Origin: a virus | Length of the DNA stretch: 64,000 nucleotides | Strand: one strand, 5' to 3' | IMG/VR virus record: IMGVR_UViG_3300042991_000159 | Coordinates: 35,796-99,795 of that record | Shown: positions 40,868 through 49,522 of the stretch, piece after piece | Layout: each line of letters begins with the position of its first letter | How positions within the stretch are numbered: the stretch's first letter is position 1 | Made by a program: the position numbers and the translations under genes | Notes under the pieces: generated by a model | Told to the model about the DNA's origin: nothing | The model's input: the letters and a program-made list of their open reading frames with translations, nothing else | Databases searched by the model: none

Positions 40868-41431
40868 TTATCCTCTCCTATCTGGTGGAAGTTCTCTACG
40901 TCCTATCGTACTACCACCCCTTAATTGCATAGCATTACTTAATTCTTTTTCTACTTCTTCACGTAGAACTTTCATTCCCTTAACTAATTCCCCCATTTGC
41001 TTGACGTTAGCAATAAAGTTCTTAGCTGCCGCACCATTTTCGTCTTCACTAAAATCCACATCTCGAAAATAATCTCTGAGTTTTGTTAGTCCAAACTCTG
41101 CATCAATGAGCAGTTCAAGGGAAAGAGTTGTTTGAAGTGTTCTATACTTCTCCTGAGCAAGTATAATTAAGGAATCCGGTTTCCACTTTCTATCAGCAAA
41201 TAGATCAAGTATTATCTTACTCTCCTGAATATCCGGATGATAATTTCTATAAATCGACTGAAAATCAGTCGTATGATACACATATGCAAGTTCTCTCAAC
41301 GCTTTATCCTTCGTCTTAGTTTTATCACGTTTCCATATATCATGGAATTCCTTGATTACTAATGCTTCAGGAGCGATTCTTAGAACATTGTTTTCTATTG
41401 TTATTAGATTTCTCATTTGCTGCTTTTCCAA
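40868..41431 (-). CDS. Conserved crAss-like protein upstream of TerL (candidate small terminase)
   Basis: EFHDIWKRDKTKTKDKALRELAYVY...D motif and a C-terminal coiled coil ending in RGG; the TerS role is inferred from position. Confidence 0.6.
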   Translation of the reverse strand: MEKQQMRNLITIENNVLRIAPEALVIKEFHDIWKRDKTKTKDKALRELAYVYHTTDFQSIYRNYHPDIQESKIILDLFADRKWKPDSLIILAQEKYRTLQTTLSLELLIDAEFGLTKLRDYFRDVDFSEDENGAAAKNFIANVKQMGELVKGMKVLREEVEKELSNAMQLRGGSTIGRRELPPDRRG

Positions 41432-41478
41432 TCATTTCTTCAACAAATCTGGTTAGTTCCTCAATAGTGAAACTATTA

Positions 41479-41757
41479 TCATATATCGGAAGATTTTGTT
41501 CTTCTATTTGAGCTTTTAAGCCCATGCCTTTTTTCATTGTATCTTTCAAAGTATTTCCTCCTACCTTCTTTTACACGAAATACTCCCCATCCCATGAGTC
41601 GTACTTCGTCGAACCACATTAGTTTTCGATTACTATTTGTCATTGTCTGAGCAGTAAATCGGAACATTGATTCCGTAATTTCTAAAACTTGTTTTGGTTC
41701 AAGATTATATTTTTTTGCCAATATATTAATATAATCTCTAGTCCTCTTCGTTCTCAT
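41479..41757 (-). CDS. HU/IHF-like DNA-binding protein
   Basis: INILAKKYNLEPKQVLEI...EVRLMGWGVFRVK is an HU signature. Confidence 0.75.
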   Translation of the reverse strand: MRTKRTRDYINILAKKYNLEPKQVLEITESMFRFTAQTMTNSNRKLMWFDEVRLMGWGVFRVKEGRRKYFERYNEKRHGLKSSNRRTKSSDI

Positions 41758-41896
41758 GTTCGTAACTTCCTGCTATATTTCTTATCTCGTCGATACACTG
41801 TTTGCAAACTACTGAAGGTATTCCACCGGGAGCAATAGCTTTATATATTGCTTCTCCCGGTTCCCTTCCCATTGCTTCACATCTTGGACATTTCAT
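41738..41896 (-). CDS. Small Zn-ribbon protein (52 aa, not in track)
   Basis: MKCPRCEAMGREPGEAIYKAIAPGGIPSVVCKQCIDEIRNIAGSYEHENEED*; fills the gap between its neighbours. Confidence 0.6.
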   Translation of the reverse strand: MKCPRCEAMGREPGEAIYKAIAPGGIPSVVCKQCIDEIRNIAGSYEHENEED

Positions 41897-41898
41897 TT

Positions 41899-43293
41899 TT
41901 ATATAACTACTTGAACTATTGTTTCTCTTTGTCTTGTGTTATCTGCAAGTTTCGAGTTATACGCCTCCAAGTCATCTTTAATATCGTATCCTTCATAATC
42001 ACTTGCGTACTGTAATCCCACCCTGAGCGAATTGATCGTCCCATCTGTCTCCATGATATGAATGACTTGTGACGCTTTCGTAATAAGGTTGAGACTGCGG
42101 TCACTATAAACATTATTACCAACGAGACTACCACTACGACTATATATATCAGTAATATTAGCAAAATGAATATGTCCAAAAATAGCATAGTCAAGAAGAA
42201 TCCCTTTAGCGGCATACTTACCGAAAACTTGTTGCATTGCTGCTTGTCCCTCTTTAATTCCTGTTCCATGAGTAATTAAAACATTATTTCCATTAATATT
42301 AATAACTTGTTCTACAGGATCACCGTCAATAAACTCAACCCCTTTAGCTTCTCTAAAAAGCATCTTCAACATATTGAGAACCAGAAAATCATAGTTATCA
42401 GTCATTGTCAGTTCACTCATCCCAAAATCTTCTTTGATCCTTGATTCGTTTCCACTTACTCCAACAATTTTCAAATTGGCTGCACGATTGATATCCTGTA
42501 AGAAATGAAAAAGTATTTGAGTAGCAATTAGAGACGCTTTTGTTCTATTTGTAGCCATATAAAGTATCTCATCTAATCTTCTATCAGAATTAATAATATC
42601 TCCTGTTAACGCTACTACAATATGAGACACCTTATATAATCGTGCTACTTCTCTAATAGTTTGAGCATACTTTTGAAGTCTTCTTGCACCTACCTTGAAC
42701 CCATATTCATTATCAGGCATTTCTACAAGTTCATTAAAGTGAAGATCAGTTACTTGAACTAAAAGCACTGTTCCCTCTTTTTCCGGATGTTCATATGTAA
42801 TTGGTTTAAAAGTCTGATTTGTAAGTTGTTCATTCAAACTCTCTCCTAAAGCCGTCAGTGCATTTTCCACACGTGCATACTCTCTGAAGTATTTTTTAGT
42901 GACGTTAAGTTCGTCAGTCTTTCGTTGAAGTGATTTTTGTTTCTTTTGAAAATTTTCCAGTTCAATTTCTTCCATCACTTTTTTAAGAGGTGTCGGTTTT
43001 GTTTCAATAGATATTCGATCATGTCCATCTCTTCCTTCCGTTACTCTTGTTCTAATAATTGTCGAAGGATCAATTCCTCTTTGTAATGCATAAAGATTAA
43101 CAATATTAGCATTACATATATTGTCGGTTTTATCATAACTCCATTTAAAACCACCTGCTGAAGCCCTTCTACCCATTGCAGCTTTGCTAATATGGGAATC
43201 ATCCGCACCTGTTATTTCAGTTGCATCTTTGAGAGAAGGAAAAGATTGAATATAGTCTCCTGTTTCTATATCATATTGATGTATAATTCTCAT
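41899..43293 (-). CDS. NUMOD1-domain / calcineurin-like metallophosphoesterase fusion
   Basis: N-terminal QYDIETGDYIQSFPSLKDA...ISKAAMGRRASAGGFKW (NUMOD1/HTH); phosphoesterase motifs TDLH, GDIINSD, GNE, THG and GHIH. Confidence 0.8.
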   Translation of the reverse strand: MRIIHQYDIETGDYIQSFPSLKDATEITGADDSHISKAAMGRRASAGGFKWSYDKTDNICNANIVNLYALQRGIDPSTIIRTRVTEGRDGHDRISIETKPTPLKKVMEEIELENFQKKQKSLQRKTDELNVTKKYFREYARVENALTALGESLNEQLTNQTFKPITYEHPEKEGTVLLVQVTDLHFNELVEMPDNEYGFKVGARRLQKYAQTIREVARLYKVSHIVVALTGDIINSDRRLDEILYMATNRTKASLIATQILFHFLQDINRAANLKIVGVSGNESRIKEDFGMSELTMTDNYDFLVLNMLKMLFREAKGVEFIDGDPVEQVININGNNVLITHGTGIKEGQAAMQQVFGKYAAKGILLDYAIFGHIHFANITDIYSRSGSLVGNNVYSDRSLNLITKASQVIHIMETDGTINSLRVGLQYASDYEGYDIKDDLEAYNSKLADNTRQRETIVQVVI

Positions 43294-43294
43294 G

Positions 43295-43537
43295 CTATTC
43301 TTGTTTTATTTGTAAGTGTAATTGATTATCAGTTAAGATTATAGTATAATTATAATTCGGATGGTTAGTTCTCCATGTTTGTAAAAAAGAATGAAGGGCA
43401 ATCGCCAGATTAGCCATCTGGTCCTCAGTCCCTTCATACTTCTTTTCGATCTTCTTGGAATTTAAAGATGATCCCTGTAATTTGGAGATATCTATATTGG
43501 TATTTCCTATTAATTCCATCTTTTGTAAGTAAATCAA
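43295..43537 (-). CDS. Hypothetical protein (start uncertain)
   Basis: Fills the gap; overlaps the upstream ORF, so the true start may lie downstream. Confidence 0.4.
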   Translation of the reverse strand: MIYLQKMELIGNTNIDISKLQGSSLNSKKIEKKYEGTEDQMANLAIALHSFLQTWRTNHPNYNYTIILTDNQLHLQIKQE

Positions 43538-43811
43538 GTTGTCTCAGCTCTTTATATATATTGTATAAGTTACCTTTCGTAATCTTTAGTCTCTTAGCTA
43601 TTTCTTCTTTAGTCTTATAGTCAAATACTAAACGTTCTCTAACATCTTCACTCTCATTACGAAACAAGTAAAATTGATACAATATCTCGGCAAACGCTTC
43701 TCGCTGTCTCTTGCGTAGTTGGTTAAATGGTTTAAATATTCTCAAAATCTCAACGAGTTGATGAAAATATTTCTCCGGATTAGTTCCAACGTCAAACGAT
43801 ACTGTCTTCAT
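43434..43811 (-). CDS. HTH DNA-binding protein
   Basis: TKEEIAKRLKITKGNLYNIYKELRQLDLL fits a winged HTH. Confidence 0.7.
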   Translation of the reverse strand: MKTVSFDVGTNPEKYFHQLVEILRIFKPFNQLRKRQREAFAEILYQFYLFRNESEDVRERLVFDYKTKEEIAKRLKITKGNLYNIYKELRQLDLLTKDGINRKYQYRYLQITGIIFKFQEDRKEV

Positions 43812-44206
43812 TAGTTTATAAATAATAGTCTTTTCGGTAGTGTATTACGAAAATCAGATTTATTGATTTCAGTAATCACTGACTTGTCTTTAGTTCTATT
43901 AAAAGAAGCGATGTTCATAAGAGAAACACCAGCCATGACAAGATCGTTAATGACACTATTCATAAACTCATCTTCGATCTCAGATGCTAAAGTGTTTATT
44001 ATCATAAACTTACTATATAGCTTTCCAAACTCTTTAGAATTAAGTTCAAAATAAAGTCCTCTTTTGCCTTTCTCGTCTTCTCCTATAATATAGACTACTT
44101 CGTAACCAAGAGCAAGAGGGAATGCATTTCCCAGCATCTCTTGGAGTTGCAAAGTAAATTCATTCTCTCTTGGTTCTATTTTTTTGATCATGTTGTAAAG
44201 ATACAA
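43811..44206 (-). CDS. Hypothetical protein
   Basis: 131 aa, in operon. Confidence 0.6.
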   Translation of the reverse strand: MYLYNMIKKIEPRENEFTLQLQEMLGNAFPLALGYEVVYIIGEDEKGKRGLYFELNSKEFGKLYSKFMIINTLASEIEDEFMNSVINDLVMAGVSLMNIASFNRTKDKSVITEINKSDFRNTLPKRLLFIN

Positions 44207-44208
44207 AA

Positions 44209-44610
44209 TTATTTTCTTGGTTTTCCTACCTTTGGTAGAATGATTTTAGGCGTATCCGCCTTCGCTTCTCTTTGATTCTTCTCTGCTTCCATTAATTGCA
44301 TTTGTTTTTTTTTTCTTTGTTCCGCAATAATGGCTTGTTCTCTTGCTTCAAGAGCTTCTAGTTCCGGACCAAGGTCCATCCATTCTTTCTTATTCTTAAA
44401 ATAAGCAATGTTTAACTCAAATTCCTTTACCTGAAGTTCCTTGAGTTCATTAGACTCACGAAGACGCTTTTTATAATCAGCCAATTCCTGAATTGCACGT
44501 TTACGAATTATCGCTTGCGTTCTTTTTTGTTCTTCAATTTCAGCCTTAGTTGGCATAACGGGTTTTTCTACAACCTCTGCTTGTACTTGTACTCCTTCTT
44601 CTTCACTCAT
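44209..44610 (-). CDS. Coiled-coil hypothetical protein
   Basis: 133 aa, E/K/Q-rich. Confidence 0.65.
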   Translation of the reverse strand: MSEEEGVQVQAEVVEKPVMPTKAEIEEQKRTQAIIRKRAIQELADYKKRLRESNELKELQVKEFELNIAYFKNKKEWMDLGPELEALEAREQAIIAEQRKKKQMQLMEAEKNQREAKADTPKIILPKVGKPRK

Positions 44611-44842
44611 GATTAATTAATTTTTGTATTTGTTCTAACTTTTCTTTCCCAACTGTTGATATATCAATCAGTTCGTTTTTTCCACTTTCTATGTCTGTAA
44701 CTACGGGAGCATAACCTCTGTTCTGTGAATCCCAAATTACCAAACCATAAACTCTCCAAATCTCTATTAATCTATCTAAACATATACCCTGCGGTACAGA
44801 GACAACATCGTAGATTAATCTAATTTTTTTATCACCACTCAT
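44603..44842 (-). CDS. Hypothetical protein
   Basis: 79 aa, overlaps the next gene. Confidence 0.55.
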   Translation of the reverse strand: MSGDKKIRLIYDVVSVPQGICLDRLIEIWRVYGLVIWDSQNRGYAPVVTDIESGKNELIDISTVGKEKLEQIQKLINHE

Positions 44843-44857
44843 AATTACTTATTTTAA

Positions 44858-45133
44858 TTACACTTTTACACTTGTAGAAATCGCAGTATCACGATCATAA
44901 TCGTACTTTTTGATACTCCTGTTATTATAATTCCTAGCGTTTTCAGGTTTAAACCAAGGAACTTCTATCGGTCCCGGTTCTTTAACAACATCCCTCTGCT
45001 CTCCACAGACAGGACATACTGCTTCTTCAGCCTCAAGTTTTTTTGTTTTCTCGTTCCATACGAACCTAACATGAGGGGTTAATTCCTCTTCATGATGGGT
45101 ACATGAGGGGTTATTACATTTAAATCTGGGCAT
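44858..45133 (-). CDS. Zn-ribbon protein
   Basis: Likely start MPRFKCNNPSC at 45133, later CPVCG. Confidence 0.65.
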   Translation of the reverse strand: MPRFKCNNPSCTHHEEELTPHVRFVWNEKTKKLEAEEAVCPVCGEQRDVVKEPGPIEVPWFKPENARNYNNRSIKKYDYDRDTAISTSVKV

Positions 45134-45467
45134 CGTCGATATATTTTTGCCATTTACGAACTTCTTTCGCTCTTTGTATGCGAGGGTTCTCATGACGATT
45201 ATTAAACTCTATTTTTAATTTACGTTTATAAGAAGCGATTCTTTTATCAATATCCCCCATTGGAAACTCTCTTTCCGTAAAGGACTCAAATCCATGTTTA
45301 CTTGGAAGAAAGAACTTCACACGAACAATTGCACCATTACTTGTAACCTCTGCTGCTTTCCAAGTTTTGAGAAATCTTCCATACAATCTAACTATCCTGT
45401 CAAGGTAAATAAGTTTATCCACTACCTCTGAATCAAGTATGTCTATAAGTTTCACTATTTTTTCCAT
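45120..45467 (-). CDS. Hypothetical basic protein
   Basis: 115 aa; promoter immediately upstream. Confidence 0.6.
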   Translation of the reverse strand: MEKIVKLIDILDSEVVDKLIYLDRIVRLYGRFLKTWKAAEVTSNGAIVRVKFFLPSKHGFESFTEREFPMGDIDKRIASYKRKLKIEFNNRHENPRIQRAKEVRKWQKYIDDAQI

Positions 45468-45471
45468 ATTT

Positions 45472-45503
45472 CAAAGATAATGATTTTTATTATATCATCC
45501 AAT
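45472..45503 (-). promoter_or_regulatory. Bacteroidota sigma-A promoter (possibly giving a leaderless mRNA)
   Basis: Minus strand ATTG-N20-TATCTTTG, only 4 nt before ATG 45467. Confidence 0.6.
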
Positions 45504-45512
45504 AAAAAATAT

Positions 45513-45554
45513 AAAAAATGTGAAATCCCCTAAAATATCAGTTTAGGGGATTTC
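45513..45554 (-). terminator. Intrinsic terminator
   Basis: 13-bp perfect stem GAAATCCCCTAAA/TTTAGGGGATTTC, followed on the minus strand by ACATTTTTT. Confidence 0.8.
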
Positions 45555-45590
45555 GGAGAGAGATTGTTATTAATGAAAACAATCGTGTTA
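45513..45590 (-). ncRNA. Candidate ~75-nt small RNA
   Basis: TATCTTTG at 45594-45601 (minus strand), then ~35 nt without an ORF, then the terminator above. Confidence 0.4.
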
Positions 45591-45616
45591 AAACAAAGAT
45601 AAAAATTATTTTTCAA

Positions 45617-45973
45617 TTACCTATCAATTGTATTAATAATTAAAAAATCTACTCTTCCTACTCGTTTAGTTGCATTTTCGTCTGCTAATTCAGGAAGTTC
45701 ATGATATTGGTGAATAACTTTTCTTATTCTAGGATCGGTTTCCAGTTGCTTCATAGCCTCTATTATTGTTGCAATTTCAATAACCATATCCATCGGACGA
45801 CTAGAAAATAATCTAACAGTCACTTCATCTGCATCATAGACAGAATCACCCTTCTCTTTTCTAGTAGTAATAACCATGTGTCTCTCTCCTTGAGGACTAG
45901 AGACGCTTCCCGGTTCCCAGATTTGTAGTATTCTCTCGTTTGCTTTTAGCAAATCTTCTATTTCTGTTTTCAT
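45617..45973 (-). CDS. Hypothetical protein
   Basis: 118 aa, last gene of the first fibre module. Confidence 0.6.
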   Translation of the reverse strand: MKTEIEDLLKANERILQIWEPGSVSSPQGERHMVITTRKEKGDSVYDADEVTVRLFSSRPMDMVIEIATIIEAMKQLETDPRIRKVIHQYHELPELADENATKRVGRVDFLIINTIDR

Positions 45974-45974
45974 A

Positions 45975-47042
45975 TTATGGACAAGTTGTATAAGTTGCAG
46001 CTACCCATGTTATATTCTCAATGGTTACATATCCTATTTCATCATAAGACCAAGTATTACCACTTTGTAGAGTACCACTAATGTATGTATTACTAAGATG
46101 ACTCATAGCACCACTATAAACTAACTGCTTACCTCCATCATGTGTAAGATATATATTACAATTGCTTACTGCTAACACTCTCTCATCACCTGCGTTAATC
46201 CCTCTAATATGAGTGTAAAAAGCAAAAGTAGTTCCACTCCAAGTTTGTGTTTGATCATAATCATCATCACAAGTATTTGCCGTCGGAACAACTTCTATCC
46301 ACGTTGCTGTATATCCCTCTCCTGAAGGTGGGGTTACGTTTCCACTAGCAGTAATATAAGGAAGTTGTTCTTGATGAGCAATAAAACTAAAATATCCACC
46401 AGATATAGTAGGACCAAGATTTATTTTTCTTGTTCCGGTTATAGGAGCACACAAAAAACAATCTCCATATAAATTCTGGTTTGGAGTAGTAAATCCATTA
46501 GTTACAGAACTATACTCTATACTATCACTCACTTGCGTACTACCAACTATTTTTGTTTCGCTTCGTGTATGACCTTCAGGAGGTACTGTAGTAGAATATG
46601 TTAAAGCCTTTATTGGATCACCAGAATCTACTACTAAAGGACTCCCTTCAGTTGCTCTATCGGCAATCTCCTTATATATCTTAAAAGTAAAAGCATCTGC
46701 TGGATCAGCATATTCCCACACGTTCATCTGTTCTGGTAAAGCAGCAACTACTATTGATATATTTCCTGCACCATTATAGTTTGCTTGAGATGGTCCATGA
46801 ACAGATGGAATATTAGATGCATGATTATATGATCTGAAATCTCCTATCTTCACATTGGAAGAAGGTGGGGTCAGAACAGTACTTTTAGTTGCATCAACAC
46901 TTAACGCACCCGGAGCATAACGTGCAAACTTATTTATACCAGCATAACCCATTAAGTCCAACCAATCCGTCTCGACACTTGGACTTAATCCTAACTCAGT
47001 GCGTACCGCATTAACTGATATATTTGTATTACCTAAAGCCAT
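45975..47042 (-). CDS. Putative fibre-tip adhesin / receptor-binding protein
   Basis: N-terminal ISVNAVRTELG...INKFARYAP...KIGDFRSYNH attachment-type motif, then beta-rich domains; directly follows an S74 fibre. Confidence 0.6.
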   Translation of the reverse strand: MALGNTNISVNAVRTELGLSPSVETDWLDLMGYAGINKFARYAPGALSVDATKSTVLTPPSSNVKIGDFRSYNHASNIPSVHGPSQANYNGAGNISIVVAALPEQMNVWEYADPADAFTFKIYKEIADRATEGSPLVVDSGDPIKALTYSTTVPPEGHTRSETKIVGSTQVSDSIEYSSVTNGFTTPNQNLYGDCFLCAPITGTRKINLGPTISGGYFSFIAHQEQLPYITASGNVTPPSGEGYTATWIEVVPTANTCDDDYDQTQTWSGTTFAFYTHIRGINAGDERVLAVSNCNIYLTHDGGKQLVYSGAMSHLSNTYISGTLQSGNTWSYDEIGYVTIENITWVAATYTTCP

Positions 47043-47044
47043 AT

Positions 47045-49492
47045 CTAGTTATTTTCAAGTTTTTCTAATCTCCCTATTACTTCTTTAAGAGCTTCAATAA
47101 TTAAAGGAATACTTTTATCAAGTTTAACAGTCAAATAATCTTCTCCTGAAATAGAATTTCCATGATAATCCCTATCGAATGGAGCAAAACTAACAGCGTC
47201 TTTAATTACAGAACCGAGATTTTGAGCTATCATTCCTGTTTCTACTTCATGTGCAGGAACAAATCCTACTCTGTTACAAACATCTTGTCTCCATTCATAA
47301 GTAACACCATACAGTCGTTTAACTTTACCAACAGGATTAGTGATTCTTTTTATATTGGTCTTCAATCTTTCATCAGATGAATAAGCAGTAATTTCACCAG
47401 TTGCAGTGATAGCACCAGTTACAGCAAGTGTAGAACCAGAGAAAGTTAGATTTGCTTCGGCAGTCATCGCACTTGTTCCATTTCCTGTAAGAATATAATT
47501 TACTCCGATTGTAGATAATCCTGTACCACCATGAGATACAGGCAACACTCCTGTAGCAGAACTCACGCTTATATTTCCACCTAAAGTCAAACTACCAGAA
47601 GAAGTAACTGTACCTGAAAGTGTTATCCCATCCACTGTTCCTGTACCAGAAACCGAAGTTACTGTACCAACAGTAGTACTATATCCCAATCCTATTACAA
47701 AATCGTAAATTTGATCTCCTGTAGCCAAAGCTGTTCCACCATTAGTAACCGCTCCTGTAACAACGGTTAATGCAGGAGTTGTGGTTCCATTTGCAACAGT
47801 CAGTTGATTAGTTGTACTAGATGTAACCTCAGTTACAGTACCACCTCCACTAATAGAAGTCTCAATAATATTACCTGTTGCATCTACTGCAAGATTATAA
47901 GTTGGAGTTCCTGTAATTGTACCACTACCATATCCCCCAAGTCTGAGACCTGTTGAACTAAGTCTCATTCTTAATGCACTTGCTGAAGCTCCAATCTTTA
48001 AGAACCACTCCATTTCAGTATTGAAGTTGTCCGTTGCTACAGCCCCGTCAACATTAACATAGAAACTACCAGCAGTTCTTGTATTAGTTCCATCCCACAC
48101 CTGATAGGTTGTGCGAACTATTGTTGCGTCTGTGGGAGCTGCGGTTGGAGCAGAATAAGTTCCTCCTGTTTTAGTAAACTTTATAAGATTGGATATACCT
48201 GCAACATCCCCCCAGTTCTGAGAATCATAAGTCGAATAACCGAAGGAATCTCCTTTAATAACATATATTGTACTTGAAGTTAATGAAGCATTGTTATCTG
48301 ACGGACCTACTCTTAGCAAGCCAGCTGCATATACAAAATCAGCATTATAATCAAAATCATTCGTAGTTGTATTGGTATAAGGTATCTGATACTGAGCAGT
48401 ACCAAACGATACAGGAGTTCCACCACCAACACTATCAGCATAAGCTTTGACAGCTCTGTAAGAAGGAATCCAATTATCATCAAGAACTCCATTAGTATCA
48501 TAATCAGCAGCGTAAACAAGTCCTTTCAACTCTTTTGCATCCGTAACAGTCATTGTAGTATTGGTAATCTCAATCATCTTGTAATTTATTGATGTTGTAT
48601 GATAACCAAAAGTTGCAGTTGAAGCTTTTAGATACAATAAGGAACTTCCTAAATTTAAGTTTAAACTAGCACCGTTAACTGAATTAACTTTAAATTCACC
48701 TGCCTCGCTTGAGACTAATGATGAATAACCTACTTCCAACTCATATATCCTGAATGGATTACCGGGATTAGTAGTTATAGATGCTCCTTGTGTTAATGTT
48801 CCTCCAAGAGTCACGGTTCCTCCTGATTCAGTAAGACCTGAACTAAAAGTATATGATCCACCACCAACTGAGTCTGCGTAAGCTTTCACTGCTCCATAAT
48901 CCGGTATCCAGCGATCATCAAGAACACCTGCTGCTGAGTAATCACTTTCATAAATCAGACCTTTCGTATTAATATTATCTTGAACTAACATCGAAGTAGT
49001 GGTTAAATAAAAACGACTATATAACCACGATCCTGTATTTCTCATTAAACCTACATCTGTAGCAGATGTACCCGCTGATATTCTATGATAAATTGTACTT
49101 GTATCATCTTTGGGTTCGTCTCCACATTGTATACTCCATAAACTATATTCTTGTGTAACTCTTGTATGAGACCCACCACTACCAGTAGCACTGCTAACAG
49201 TAAATATATATTGATATGGTGCCGGCATATTAAGATAACACCAATCATCAAAGTGTATTGTTGAAGCTCCTGATAATGGACTACCAATCCTTACAACACC
49301 ATCTGTTTCTGTTAGTCCATTTTCAAAAGTATAGGATTGAGGATTTTCTACAAGATTGTTTACATTGTCAATTACCATACTAAGTTGGTCATTCAACATA
49401 TTGAGATGCAAACCTCTACCTACGAAAGTATCGTGCTGATCCTTATAGTCCCAGTTTATATTCCTAAATTCAGGAAGTTTTTCTATTGCCAT
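47045..49492 (-). CDS. Fibre protein with internal duplication and C-terminal peptidase S74 chaperone
   Basis: 815 aa; GAITATGEITAYSSDERLKTNI autocleavage motif; GVLPVSHGGTG repeat. Confidence 0.85.
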   Translation of the reverse strand: MAIEKLPEFRNINWDYKDQHDTFVGRGLHLNMLNDQLSMVIDNVNNLVENPQSYTFENGLTETDGVVRIGSPLSGASTIHFDDWCYLNMPAPYQYIFTVSSATGSGGSHTRVTQEYSLWSIQCGDEPKDDTSTIYHRISAGTSATDVGLMRNTGSWLYSRFYLTTTSMLVQDNINTKGLIYESDYSAAGVLDDRWIPDYGAVKAYADSVGGGSYTFSSGLTESGGTVTLGGTLTQGASITTNPGNPFRIYELEVGYSSLVSSEAGEFKVNSVNGASLNLNLGSSLLYLKASTATFGYHTTSINYKMIEITNTTMTVTDAKELKGLVYAADYDTNGVLDDNWIPSYRAVKAYADSVGGGTPVSFGTAQYQIPYTNTTTNDFDYNADFVYAAGLLRVGPSDNNASLTSSTIYVIKGDSFGYSTYDSQNWGDVAGISNLIKFTKTGGTYSAPTAAPTDATIVRTTYQVWDGTNTRTAGSFYVNVDGAVATDNFNTEMEWFLKIGASASALRMRLSSTGLRLGGYGSGTITGTPTYNLAVDATGNIIETSISGGGTVTEVTSSTTNQLTVANGTTTPALTVVTGAVTNGGTALATGDQIYDFVIGLGYSTTVGTVTSVSGTGTVDGITLSGTVTSSGSLTLGGNISVSSATGVLPVSHGGTGLSTIGVNYILTGNGTSAMTAEANLTFSGSTLAVTGAITATGEITAYSSDERLKTNIKRITNPVGKVKRLYGVTYEWRQDVCNRVGFVPAHEVETGMIAQNLGSVIKDAVSFAPFDRDYHGNSISGEDYLTVKLDKSIPLIIEALKEVIGRLEKLENN
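48419..49336 (-). repeat. Tandem ~150-aa duplication within the fibre
   Basis: SYTFENGLTETDG...KGLIYESDYSAAGVLDDRWIPDYGAVKAYADSVGGG and SYTFSSGLTESGG...KGLVYAADYDTNGVLDDNWIPSYRAVKAYADSVGGG. Confidence 0.85.
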
Positions 49493-49522
49493 AATATTTT
49501 TCTAGTTTGTTTGGTTAAGATA

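Noticed and set aside
41367-41549. 60-aa minus-strand ORF
   Set aside because: It overlaps both neighbours substantially and has no motif; it may be real but I cannot support it.
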